Below the pieces are notes generated by a model. It did no database searches, was not told where the DNA came from, and worked only from the letters and a program-made list of their open reading frames with translations. From an uncultured Candidatus Saccharibacteria bacterium (GTDB taxonomy: Bacteria > Patescibacteriota > Minisyncoccia > Phycocordibacterales > Phycocordibacteraceae), in NCBI GenBank assembly GCA_964398865.1, contig CAYNOO010000001.1:43661-107660 (forward strand): 64,000 nt of DNA, written 5' to 3'. Position numbers and translations under genes: made by a program. Each line of letters begins with the position of its first letter. Within the stretch, counting starts at the first letter, position 1. Shown piece by piece: positions 1 through 8,800 of this stretch.

Positions 1-288
1 TTTTGCAGCTGCATCCTGAGCCTGCGCGGAGGTATCAGCATCTTCAGAGATGGTGAATGAGATCGTCGCAATGTCAGGAGCGGCAGATACCTTTCCTTCC
101 CCTGTCACCGTGATGACATTCGAAGGCGGCACCGAGACAGCGTCGAAATTAACGATAGCATTCACTGCTTTGGCGCCAACAAAAATCGTTGCGACCAAAA
201 GAAAGACAGCGAATAATTTCATAACGAGACGGCTCTTCAAGAGACCGTGGTGGTGAGGATGGTCATGCATGTCTTTATGTTCGTCCAT
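1..288 (-). CDS. SIMPL/DUF541 family protein, N-terminal part (runs off window start)
   Basis: Manual translation from ATG at 288: MDEHKDMHDHPHHHGLLKSRLVMKLFAVFLLVATIFVGAKAVNAIVNFDAVSVPPSNVITVTGEGKVSAAPDIATISFTISE...; TM helix then the ITVTGEGKV.A.PD.A motif typical of SIMPL proteins. Confidence 0.8.
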   Translation of the reverse strand, partial: MDEHKDMHDHPHHHGLLKSRLVMKLFAVFLLVATIFVGAKAVNAIVNFDAVSVPPSNVITVTGEGKVSAAPDIATISFTISEDADTSAQAQDAAAK

Positions 289-423
289 AGAAAATATATT
301 TAATGTTATGAACCCAGTATACCACTGGGCTCTTTTATAAAGCTTTTAATGATTGCCTCATTAAGACGGGGCTCCTCCTTCCCTCTTACGGATACAGCGA
401 CTAGCTAAAACAGTAGTGAGGCT

Positions 424-1158
424 TTAGATGCTTGCCAATTGAATGACTAGGAACAGCATTACCATTCCGGCAATGGTCATCGCCGTGGTGAGAAAGCGCG
501 GATGAGCATGGTGACTTTCCGGTATTAAATCAGAAGCTCCGATATAGAGGAAAAAACCGCTAAAGATAGCAAGAATTATAGAGAGTGAGCTCTCTGGGAG
601 AACAAAAAACATTGTAGATAAAACCCCAAACACCGGCGCTATAGCGTCTATGAGCAGAAACTTCTTTGCGAAAGCGTTGCTGCCTCCGTTTTTCAAAACC
701 ATGTTTACCGTATTGATGCCATCGGAAAAATCGTGTGCCAAGACTGCTAGTGCAACCACTGCGCCAACTGCTAAAGAAGCCTGAAACGCGATACCAATTG
801 CCACTCCATCGAGAAAACTGTGGAAAGCGAGACTGCCCGCGCCTAAGAAACCCCTATTCACGCTACTACCTCTTGCATGTCCTTCTTCCGGTTCGTCTGA
901 GTGAGAGTGTAAGAAGATAAGACGATCAAGAACGAGATAGAGAAGAAATCCTAAGGCAGATGCGCCAATAATGGTTGCGTTGGAATGAAACTGCCCACCA
1001 AGCTCGAGGGCTTCGGGCAACAAATCAAAAAAAGCAACAGCGACTACCGCGCCTGCTGAAAAGCCGAGAACAAGATGGAGCTTATCCTTGAGTTTGAGCG
1101 CAAAAACACCTCCGACAAGCGTTGAGAGAAATGCGGCGAAAGAAATCAGCAATACCAT
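424..1158 (-). CDS. ZIP family divalent metal (zinc) transporter
   Basis: Multi-TM protein with GFSAG, DLLPEA, His-rich loop, HSFLDG and HDFSDG motifs, DLIPESH. Confidence 0.9.
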   Translation of the reverse strand: MVLLISFAAFLSTLVGGVFALKLKDKLHLVLGFSAGAVVAVAFFDLLPEALELGGQFHSNATIIGASALGFLLYLVLDRLIFLHSHSDEPEEGHARGSSVNRGFLGAGSLAFHSFLDGVAIGIAFQASLAVGAVVALAVLAHDFSDGINTVNMVLKNGGSNAFAKKFLLIDAIAPVFGVLSTMFFVLPESSLSIILAIFSGFFLYIGASDLIPESHHAHPRFLTTAMTIAGMVMLFLVIQLASI

Positions 1159-1211
1159 AGAGTTTTAGACTTCTGTAAGTGTAACGCGAAACCCCGTGTG
1201 CTGCTCAGTAA

Positions 1212-1817
1212 TCACAAAGAGGTATTCGCGTACTGAATGTTTTTACGCAAGACGGGCATCACGTGCCCTGACCCGTATTCAAAACGAGGGATTGGTATGG
1301 AAGAATGTACCTGCCACGAACGCCCTTCTTTTTTCAGAATGGTGATACTGTCGAAAACGGATTCAAAGTGGGGACGGAGGACCTTCAGTTCTCGCCAGAT
1401 TCTTCTAAATTGCCGTCGATTCAAAAAGCGCGCGACAGAGGCATGAAGTTTGTTTCCTTCAAGAGGTCCGACCGGCATCCAAGAGATATTGGTATTGAGC
1501 ATCTGAATTGCACGGCGCACTAATGCGACAACTTCCGCGCTCTTGTATACATCCATGTAAATAGTGCGGAAGCCAAAACGCCCAAATCCATCAAAGACAA
1601 GCGGTACTGCGTGCTCATGATGCGCGAACGAGCGGAGAGCACGCTCAACTTCCTTGATGCCCGGCTCATCCGTCTCGAAAGGCGGCTTGATGGTAATGTG
1701 CGGCGGAATACGGTCATGGAGAGGAGTGATGCGATGTCGTAGCGTGAGTTCACGAGTCACGCTCGCATGATAGGCTTCTGCGTCCCCCGAAAGGAGATGG
1801 GCAACGAAGTACTTCAC
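1212..1817 (-). CDS. 2H phosphoesterase / 2'-5' RNA ligase family protein
   Basis: Two HxT/S motifs (PPHIT, LHAS); start moved to GTG 1817, which lies 7 nt after a TGg-TATACT box and avoids overlap with the upstream gene. Confidence 0.75.
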   Translation of the reverse strand: MKYFVAHLLSGDAEAYHASVTRELTLRHRITPLHDRIPPHITIKPPFETDEPGIKEVERALRSFAHHEHAVPLVFDGFGRFGFRTIYMDVYKSAEVVALVRRAIQMLNTNISWMPVGPLEGNKLHASVARFLNRRQFRRIWRELKVLRPHFESVFDSITILKKEGRSWQVHSSIPIPRFEYGSGHVMPVLRKNIQYANTSL

Positions 1818-1866
1818 TAGCCCTAGTATACCAAATGCTCTCCCGAGAAAATGCCTTGCGCGGCAA

Positions 1867-2865
1867 TTAGAATTTTTTCTTATTGAAACGAAGTGACGAA
1901 TAGTATGCCGCGACGACGAATACGAGACCGATAGTTCCGGTAATGATTTCAGGAACATGAGTAAGTAAGCTCACGAGCATACTTACTGCAAGCCCGAATA
2001 TCGCCCAGTGTGCGCCATGTTCTAAAAACACGAGCGTATCGAGAGTTCTCTTCCTTACCATGAATATAGTGAGGGAGCGCACAAAATAAGCGCCGATACC
2101 TAACCCCACTGCAATAACCGGCAACGCCGTAGTGAGTGCAAATGCACCGACGACCCCGTCGAGTGAAAACGCGGTGTCGAGAACTTCAAGATAAAAGAAT
2201 AACGCGAGACTGCCCGAGACACCGGTTTTTGCCTCGATGGAAAACGCGCTCGTTATCGCCTCCATTGCAATAAATACAATGACTCCGATAATCCCTGCCG
2301 AGAGCACCTGAATCTGTTCCGCAACAGGAACAAAAAAGGAAACAGCGACTACCGAAATAAGCGCGAGCATAATTTCAAGAGCCTCTATTCTCCCCCAAAG
2401 CGATAGGTACTTCTCGATAAAACGAATCCAGTGCCGCGTTTTGTTACTGTCTAGAAAATATTTCAACGCGACGAGCATGAGAAATACGGCGCCGAACGAA
2501 TGTATAGCAGGAGCAGCGCTCTCTAAAAGCTTTCCGTAATGGGTGGGGTCAAAAAGCGCAATGGTGCCAATAAGCCATGGTGAGATGCCCACGACGAGGG
2601 AAACGATGAGCACGGGCAGGACGATACGCGTACCAAATACTGCAATAAAAATGCCCCACGTAAGAAAACGCCGCTGCCACTTCGCATTCATCTTCGTGAG
2701 CACCTTCGCGTTTACCACCGCGTTGTCGAACGAAAGTGTCACTTCCAAGATGACGAGAAGCACGGCAGTGAATAGCGCTGCTGTTCCGAGATAGTAGTAC
2801 ACGAGCCCAAGCCCCACGACAGAGATGAGCGCCGACACTCCGAAAAATTTTGCAATCGTCTCCAT
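1867..2865 (-). CDS. DUF475 / TerC-like integral membrane protein
   Basis: LEVTLSFDNAVVNA, FLTWGIFIAVFG, LEVLDTAFSLDGVVGAFA and LEHGAHWAI motifs. Confidence 0.85.
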   Translation of the reverse strand: METIAKFFGVSALISVVGLGLVYYYLGTAALFTAVLLVILEVTLSFDNAVVNAKVLTKMNAKWQRRFLTWGIFIAVFGTRIVLPVLIVSLVVGISPWLIGTIALFDPTHYGKLLESAAPAIHSFGAVFLMLVALKYFLDSNKTRHWIRFIEKYLSLWGRIEALEIMLALISVVAVSFFVPVAEQIQVLSAGIIGVIVFIAMEAITSAFSIEAKTGVSGSLALFFYLEVLDTAFSLDGVVGAFALTTALPVIAVGLGIGAYFVRSLTIFMVRKRTLDTLVFLEHGAHWAIFGLAVSMLVSLLTHVPEIITGTIGLVFVVAAYYSSLRFNKKKF

Positions 2866-2893
2866 GCAATACGTCTAGAAAAAGGTTTCTCTA

Positions 2894-3892
2894 TCAGATT
2901 GCCCCCTTATCCTCAGAAAAATAAATACGGGAGCGAGAAATTCCGAAGGCTTTCAGGCGTGTGATAAGAAAATGCTTCATTTCTTTTTCTCCTTTAAATC
3001 TTTTCACTTTCCCGTCAAGCAATACCGCCCACTGCCCCACGTCCCGCATCACGTCAGTCTTATTGAACACGAGATGCGTGACGCCATTCATGCGCACTGC
3101 CTGCTCTATAAGGTTCAAGTTCATCCAGTTGCACTGTCGCGGACGACCTGTTGTTGAGCCATACTCTTCACCGACGCGGCGGAGTTCCTCAAACACCGGA
3201 TCTTTCGGTTCGAATTTCTTCGTGCCTACATAGGTTTCATACATCTTGGCAACACCCCACACGTGCCGTACTGATTGCGGTGGCAAACCGTTCAAGAGTG
3301 CGCCTGCGACGGTGCAATGGCTAGAAGTGACGAACGGATAGTCTCCCCAATCAATATCAAGTCCGAAACCTTGCGCACCCTCCCCGAGAATGACCACGTC
3401 TTTTTTATTGTAGAATTCTTCGTAGAGATCAATGAGGTAGGGTTTCAAGGCTTTTACATGCTCGGCGCGTACACCGGTGCGGGCATACTTGTCACGATAC
3501 GCGGGACCATTCCCCCTCTTTGTGGTGCCGATTGCGACATCCACTGAATCCTCGTCTCGATGCGCGGCAGTGATAACGTGCGTGTTTTTCGCAACAAAAA
3601 GCTTGCCCTTTGTCTTGATGCCGCCTGCTTCAAGCATCTTTATCTCCTTCAAAAACTGAATGGGATCGATGACACAACCAGGACCTATGATTGAACGAAC
3701 TCCCCAAAAGACGCCCGCAGGAACGTGATGGGTTATGAACTTCTTTCCTTTATGAAAAATAGTATGCCCGGCGTTACAGCCTCCGTTATACCGAAGTACA
3801 TGCGTATATTTTTTCGTCTTACACAAAAAATGAGCTACTTTGCCCTTACCTGAATCGCCGTACTGTAAATCAACAATAATATCAGTCTCCAC
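2894..3892 (-). CDS. purA: adenylosuccinate synthetase, short form
   Basis: QYGDSGKGK P-loop, GGCNAGHT, GTTKRGNGPAY, EGAQG..LDID.G.YPFVTSS, TTGRPR; GTG start 3892 inferred from an upstream TGa-TACCAT box. Confidence 0.9.
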   Translation of the reverse strand: METDIIVDLQYGDSGKGKVAHFLCKTKKYTHVLRYNGGCNAGHTIFHKGKKFITHHVPAGVFWGVRSIIGPGCVIDPIQFLKEIKMLEAGGIKTKGKLFVAKNTHVITAAHRDEDSVDVAIGTTKRGNGPAYRDKYARTGVRAEHVKALKPYLIDLYEEFYNKKDVVILGEGAQGFGLDIDWGDYPFVTSSHCTVAGALLNGLPPQSVRHVWGVAKMYETYVGTKKFEPKDPVFEELRRVGEEYGSTTGRPRQCNWMNLNLIEQAVRMNGVTHLVFNKTDVMRDVGQWAVLLDGKVKRFKGEKEMKHFLITRLKAFGISRSRIYFSEDKGAI

Positions 3893-3931
3893 GTTGCAAA
3901 ATGGTATCACTCTTTGCCCGCTCGCGCGACT

Positions 3932-5020
3932 CTAGTCGAGGGTTTTCTCCAGAGTGCCCCAAGGAACAGAGACACGCTCCACTAAAAGATACGCCCGCCC
4001 GATAATGGCACCGTCTGCAGTTTCTACGGAAACTCGCCAGCGACCAGGTGCCGGGTTCTCAATGAACGAATACCCCCTGTACCCCTCATGCCTACCCCCA
4101 AGAATAGGAAACGCTACCCTATTCTTTACAACCCAATCACCAGACTCCGAGTCAAAAAACTCCCACTGATGCACAATGTCTGCTCCGAAATGTGCGGGAG
4201 CGAAAACGGATGTGTACGCATAGGCTGCCTCTCCAGAAGTGAGATGCAGCGTAGTATCGCCAAGATTGAGCAAGCGTTCAAGCAAGGTGTGCGTTTCGTC
4301 CGTGGCAGTGTAGGTATCCCCTGTTTTCGTTATCGAATGATAGAGCCCAACACTCTTAAGTGAAAGAGGGATAGGCGGTATCAAATGCGTTACATAGAGA
4401 GCAAGCAAAAGTCCTCCGACAATAAACGCACCTCCAGCGATACGACCAGTGTTCTCGGTGAACGTGTGCGGCACGATAAATGCTCCTGTAAGAAAAAAGA
4501 GAAGAAAAGTTCCGAATGATAAACCGAGACTCCAGAGAAACGTAGGGAGCCCCAAAGACCCGAATAAAATAGGAACGGCGAGCGCAAAGAAAAGCGTGAG
4601 GTTCAGAAAAAAAAGCGTCGTCTGAAAAGGTATGCGATATTTCTCCAAAGAAAATATTTCGTTTCCGACAGCGGCAAGTGCGACGAGAATGAGAAAAGGC
4701 CAGCTCGCGAAAAGCGATCCGCTTGAAAAATATAAGACTAAAAATGCAGACAGTAGGTTTCCTGCTGCGTACTGATGAACGATGGGAAGCCAGGTCTGCA
4801 CGCGCGATGTTTCCGATGATTTCGCACTCATTTGAGTTGCAAGAACAAGTATTGACCCGGCAACGATGACCAGATAGCCGGCAAGAATGATCTGACTCAG
4901 CTCAAGATTAATACTTCTGAATGTGATGATGTCAACGAGAAAGCCGAGCAGAAATGCTGCCGTAGCGAGATGACGTCGAGAACGATACAGGAAATCAAGG
5001 AAAATTTTTACTCGCGACAT
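3932..5020 (-). CDS. membrane protein with C-terminal DUF2914-like domain
   Basis: About 7 TM helices followed by AYTSVFAP...IVHQW...GGRHEGYRGYS...GRWRVSVET. Confidence 0.7.
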   Translation of the reverse strand: MSRVKIFLDFLYRSRRHLATAAFLLGFLVDIITFRSINLELSQIILAGYLVIVAGSILVLATQMSAKSSETSRVQTWLPIVHQYAAGNLLSAFLVLYFSSGSLFASWPFLILVALAAVGNEIFSLEKYRIPFQTTLFFLNLTLFFALAVPILFGSLGLPTFLWSLGLSFGTFLLFFLTGAFIVPHTFTENTGRIAGGAFIVGGLLLALYVTHLIPPIPLSLKSVGLYHSITKTGDTYTATDETHTLLERLLNLGDTTLHLTSGEAAYAYTSVFAPAHFGADIVHQWEFFDSESGDWVVKNRVAFPILGGRHEGYRGYSFIENPAPGRWRVSVETADGAIIGRAYLLVERVSVPWGTLEKTLD

Positions 5021-5116
5021 ATATTTCTACTAGAGAACAATAGCAGATTAGGTTCTGTAGCCGAACGTGTTTTGCGAACTTCATGGAAATCACATTCAGG
5101 CTTTGTAGTATCCCCA

Positions 5117-5242
5117 AGATGCACTGTAAGCATCTGCTAGGTCATACGGCTTAGTGAATGATGGCTGTAGCTGAATCTATTCCTGTATTAGTTATGGAAA
5201 AGATTCGGGGTCGCCTCGTCATCCCCAGCTTACAGACCCATC
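5117..5242 (+). promoter_or_regulatory. candidate structured 5' leader (riboswitch-like)
   Basis: Several stems with G-U pairs on the + strand and mutually exclusive pairings, between a TAGTAT box (5105-5110) and ATG 5269. Confidence 0.4.
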
Positions 5243-5268
5243 TCTTTATCTATCTAACTTCTTAACAT

Positions 5269-5964
5269 ATGGCTAAAACATTAAATGCACTTCAGCGAAA
5301 CGTGCTTGCGCTTGCAGCACTCCTCGCCCTTTCACTCATCGGCATACTATTCTTGCTTCCGGGTCAAGCGCACGCGGCATTCCTCGGCGGACAGTTGAGT
5401 CCTGGAGACAGCAATGCTGACGTGACAATATTGCAGACGTACCTTGCATCGGATCCAAGCATCTATCCCGAAGGATTGGTTACAGGATTCTACGGAACTC
5501 TTACCACAGCCGCAGTTGCGCGCTACCAGTGTGCAAACGAAATTGTTTGTACCGGAGACGCGGTAACGACCGGCTATGGTCGCGTCGGACCCAAAACTCT
5601 TGCGTCTATCAACGCACGTCTGAGTGGCGGATCCGTCGGAGCTTCGAGCGTCCCGTTCATCTCCTCGGTCGGCATCAGCACTGCTAAAAATAGCGCTACC
5701 ATCTCATGGAATACAAATGAGGCTACACAGGGTAAGGTGTACTACAGCACTTCCCCAATCTCGCTCAGTGAGGAGAACGGGGTGCCAGGCAGCGTAGGCG
5801 TTAGCGGCAGCATCGCTTTGATGGACTCAGCGTTCCGCTCATCGCAGAGCGTCACCGTGTCTGGTTTGCAAGCCAATACGCTCTACTACTATGTCATCTA
5901 CAGCAATAACGCAGCAGGAGGCGTGAGTGTGACATGGCCAAAGACGTTCACTACGACACCGTAA
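5269..5964 (+). CDS. secreted peptidoglycan-binding domain protein with C-terminal fibronectin III-like domain
   Basis: Signal peptide ending AHA; L.PGD...DV..LQ..L...TGFYG.LT..AV.RYQ (PG_binding_1-like); SATISW.T...VYY...V.GLQANT.YYY (FN3-like). Confidence 0.8.
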   Translation: MAKTLNALQRNVLALAALLALSLIGILFLLPGQAHAAFLGGQLSPGDSNADVTILQTYLASDPSIYPEGLVTGFYGTLTTAAVARYQCANEIVCTGDAVTTGYGRVGPKTLASINARLSGGSVGASSVPFISSVGISTAKNSATISWNTNEATQGKVYYSTSPISLSEENGVPGSVGVSGSIALMDSAFRSSQSVTVSGLQANTLYYYVIYSNNAAGGVSVTWPKTFTTTP

Positions 5965-5989
5965 GCAAAAGCTTCTTCAGAAACTAGTG

Positions 5990-6027
5990 AATATAAACCC
6001 CCGCTCTCACGAGCGGGGGTTTATATT
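5990..6027. terminator. bidirectional intrinsic terminator
   Basis: AATATAAACCCCCGCTC-tcac-GAGCGGGGGTTTATATT hairpin between convergent units. Confidence 0.85.
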
Positions 6028-6120
6028 TTAGATACAGGGAATTGGGGTCAAGTTCCTAAGCTGGCAATGCTGGGTGCACTGCTCGAAGACTCCAGGTACA
6101 CTTCATTTGCCGCGCAACAA

Positions 6121-6349
6121 AAAGACCGACGAGACGTCGGCTTTTCTGTTGGTCATCAAATGGGTGGCTACAGGGAATCGGCGTCAGCTCACTAAACTCG
6201 CAGACTCGTTAAGTGGCTCCTGCCCGGACTCGACCTTCGATTCTTTCGCTATCGCTTCAGAATCGGCTTCGCGGTCTCCGTCTTTCGATTCCCTGTAGCC
6301 ACGTCAAAAATATAGTCATCAAACGCGTACGCGTTTTCTTCTTTATTTT
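6121..6349 (-). repeat. tRNA-3'-associated structured element, copy A (after tRNA-His)
   Basis: Direct copy of the tRNA 3' end at 6161-6180 (= 6350-6369), inverted copy at 6284-6302, core 6181-6283 shared with 10913-10996 and 17908-17987. Confidence 0.9.
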
Positions 6350-6351
6350 TG

Positions 6352-6424
6352 GGTGGCTACAGGGAATCGAACCCTGATCGAGAGCTCCACAAGCTCCAGT
6401 GTTAACCGTTACACCATAGCCACC
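6352..6424 (-). tRNA. tRNA-His(GTG)
   Basis: Cloverleaf GGTGGCTATGGTGTAACGGTTAACACTGGAGCTT-GTG-GAGCTCTCGATCAGGGTTCGATTCCCTGTAGCCACC with G-1 and C73. Confidence 0.95.
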
Positions 6425-6460
6425 ATGTGCGAACAAACGATAGAAAATCGCTCATTCTAG

Positions 6461-6544
6461 TGCGCAGGAGAAGACTCGAACTTCCAAGCCCTTGCGGGCG
6501 CTACCACCTCAAGGTAGTGCGTCTACCAATTTCGCCACCTGCGC
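6461..6544 (-). tRNA. tRNA-Leu(GAG)
   Basis: GCGCAGG acceptor, CTACC-TT-GAG-GT-GGTAG anticodon arm, long variable arm, GTTCGAGT T-loop. Confidence 0.95.
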
Positions 6545-6596
6545 AGGTGTTCGTATTCTAAGTACTTTTCAACCTTTTGCAAACAAAAAAGAGGCT

Positions 6597-7166
6597 TTAC
6601 GCCTCTTTTGCTGCCTCCTTCTCTTCGTCGGTGACTGGCTCCGAAACTTCGATAGGTGCGTTATCGTTCGCAGCCGATGCTTCAGCTGCAGCTTTTTCTG
6701 CCGCGACTACTGCTTCCGCAGCAGCGGCATCTTCAAGTGCTTTTGCCTCGGCAGCGGATGCTGCTTCAGCCGCTTCGCGATCACTACCGGTAGTCAAAGA
6801 GACAAGTGTCATCTTGCGAAGCTGACGGCGCATCTCGCGCGAGACCTTATCACGGATGTAATAGAGCTTCGCACGACGTACCTTGGAACGACGCACAATA
6901 TCAATCTTATCTATCATCGGAGAGTAGAGCGGGAATATCTTCTCGACGCCGACGCCAGAGAGGGTCGCACGAACCGTGAAGGTAGCGCCAGCTTCAGTGC
7001 CGTGCTTTCGTGCGAGCACCAAGCCTTCGAACATCTGAATACGGGTCTTGCCCTTTTCCTGGATTTTCTGATGCACGCGAACGACGTCGCCAGCCCGAAT
7101 ATCAAGCTTTTTGCGCTCTTCTACGTTTACTGAAGAAATAGTTTTGAGATCAATTGCTACTGCCAT
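6597..7166 (-). CDS. rplS: 50S ribosomal protein L19 with Ala/Glu-rich C-terminal extension
   Basis: GDVVRVH.KI.E..K.RIQ.FEG.V...TFTVR...GVGVEKIFPLYSP, KVRRAKLYYIR. Confidence 0.97.
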   Translation of the reverse strand: MAVAIDLKTISSVNVEERKKLDIRAGDVVRVHQKIQEKGKTRIQMFEGLVLARKHGTEAGATFTVRATLSGVGVEKIFPLYSPMIDKIDIVRRSKVRRAKLYYIRDKVSREMRRQLRKMTLVSLTTGSDREAAEAASAAEAKALEDAAAAEAVVAAEKAAAEASAANDNAPIEVSEPVTDEEKEAAKEA

Positions 7167-7212
7167 AGTGTCGAAAAATAACACGGGGGCGCTGTTTTAG
7201 CAACGGGGCGCC

Positions 7213-7935
7213 CTATTCCAGGGCTCCTAGCTCTTTTTCAGCATGAACAAAATCCGCTGGAAGAGGTGCCTCGAAAGTCCGCCGCTCTCCGCTTGGGAGA
7301 GTAAGTGTGAGTGACAGAGCATGGAGTGCAAGACGCTCAAAGCCAAGGGCATGCCCGCGCTTAGGCGCATACAGTGAGTCGCCAACTATAGGATGCTGCA
7401 GCGCTTTGAAATGCACTCGAATCTGATGCATCCTTCCAGTCTTCGGCTTCGCTTCCACGTACGAGAATCCTCCAGCCGCTTTCAATCTAGTCCAAGCAGT
7501 CAATGCATCTCTTAAGGGTGCCTTTGCCCCTCGCTCGGCTGAGCGGCGCCTGAAGTCAGTCTTTGAGCGACCGATGGGAAGCGCAATGATTCCATTTTCT
7601 TCTTTTAACTCCCCCCACAAGAATGCCCGATATGTTTTTTGTATCTCTCGCTCTTTGAATTGTTCTTTTAAAAAGAAAAAAGCCTTTTGATTCTTAGCGA
7701 GCACGATAACCCCTGAGGTTTGCTTATCGAGCCTGTGCACGATGCCAGGTCTATCAACGACCGTGCCGTTGGTGAGCACCAAAGGCTCCCCTACTCCCTG
7801 GGCTTTCGGGACACGCGCCATAAACCAATCAGCGAGAGTTTTTTCTTCTCTCTTGCCATCCCGATGAACCGACATGCCAGCGGGTTTACAGAGCACCATG
7901 ACGTCATCATCTTCAAAAATTATTTGCGGATTCAT
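7213..7935 (-). CDS. RluA/RluD family pseudouridine synthase
   Basis: KPAG..VH, GIVHRLDKQTSG, TGRMHQIRVH, HPIVGDSLY, LHA. Confidence 0.95.
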   Translation of the reverse strand: MNPQIIFEDDDVMVLCKPAGMSVHRDGKREEKTLADWFMARVPKAQGVGEPLVLTNGTVVDRPGIVHRLDKQTSGVIVLAKNQKAFFFLKEQFKEREIQKTYRAFLWGELKEENGIIALPIGRSKTDFRRRSAERGAKAPLRDALTAWTRLKAAGGFSYVEAKPKTGRMHQIRVHFKALQHPIVGDSLYAPKRGHALGFERLALHALSLTLTLPSGERRTFEAPLPADFVHAEKELGALE

Positions 7936-7987
7936 ATGAAATAGCAGGAAGCGCCTGATACGTCTCTCTACAACCTACCACTTCTCC

Positions 7988-8665
7988 TTAAACCCCGCGT
8001 CGTCTTTCTCGGGAAGCGAATTCTGCAAGGATTGCATCGAACTCAGCTTTTTCAAAAGCTGGCCACTTGGTGTCAGTAAAAAAGAGCTCGCTATAGACCG
8101 ACTGCCATGTAAGAAAATTGGATAGACGTTTATCCCCTCCTGTGCGGATAATAAGATCGGGGTCGGAGAATTCTCCACCCCAGAGAGCCTTGCGGAATGC
8201 TTGCTCGTCCACGCTCGGGATTCCCTGAGCTAAGAGCGTATTAACTCCTACAACGATTTCAGCTCTTCCTCCATAAGACAGGGCAACAATAAGCGTTCCT
8301 TTTGCGCCACTCTTTGTGCGCTCTTCCAATTCAATCATTTTTTTCTGGAGACTCGAGGGGACTCGCTCGCGCTGACCTATGAATCGTATGCGAGCGCCCT
8401 TCTCCACAAGCTCATCAACCTCCGTACCAAAAGTGTTTTCGAAAAGCTTCATCAGGTAATCAATCTCTTCGGAAGTACGATTCCAATTTTCTGTCGAGAA
8501 TGCGTAGAGAATCAATTCCTTCACACCAACTTCTTGTATCCAAGAGACAAGCTCTTTTACTTTCTCAAGACCGCGTTTATGCCCCTCAAAGCTTGGGAGC
8601 CCATGCTCCCTCGCCCAACGGCGATTGCCGTCCATGATGATTCCGATTGATTGAATGGGTTTCAT
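7988..8665 (-). CDS. uppS: undecaprenyl/polyprenyl diphosphate synthase
   Basis: IIMDGNRRWA, YAFSTENWNR, YGGRAEI, DPDLIIRTGG..RLSNFL.WQ..YSEL. Confidence 0.97.
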   Translation of the reverse strand: MKPIQSIGIIMDGNRRWAREHGLPSFEGHKRGLEKVKELVSWIQEVGVKELILYAFSTENWNRTSEEIDYLMKLFENTFGTEVDELVEKGARIRFIGQRERVPSSLQKKMIELEERTKSGAKGTLIVALSYGGRAEIVVGVNTLLAQGIPSVDEQAFRKALWGGEFSDPDLIIRTGGDKRLSNFLTWQSVYSELFFTDTKWPAFEKAEFDAILAEFASRERRRGV

Positions 8666-8727
8666 GTAACTACGGATAGAGAAACTCGCGTGCGATCGTT
8701 ATAGTTTCCGACACAATACCTCACTTG

Positions 8728-8800
8728 TGGGCGATGCAGGACTCGAACCTGCGACATCTTCAGTGTAAATGAAGCGCTCTACCAACTGAGCTAATCGCCC
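8728..8800 (-). tRNA. tRNA-Val(TAC)
   Basis: GGGCGATTAGCTCAGTTGGTAGAGCG-CTTCA-TT-TAC-AC-TGAAG...GGTTCGAGTCC. Confidence 0.95.

Noticed and set aside
2894-3892. PurZ (2-aminoadenine DNA pathway)
   Set aside because: P-loop keeps the PurA Asp (GD) rather than the PurZ Ser, and there is no phage context; the MazG-like gene is 27 kb away
6074-6298. 74-aa ORF (also 17662-18075, 17738-17956, 17795-17977)
   Set aside because: They overlie tRNAs and the non-coding elements; similarity between them reflects the nucleotide repeat, and frames are not conserved
6161-6424. tRNA intron or split tRNA
   Set aside because: Each upstream tRNA is already complete; no group I/II intron core or bulge-helix-bulge motif was recognised in the insert
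6492-7133. 213-aa plus-strand ORF
   Set aside because: Antisense shadow of rplS and tRNA-Leu
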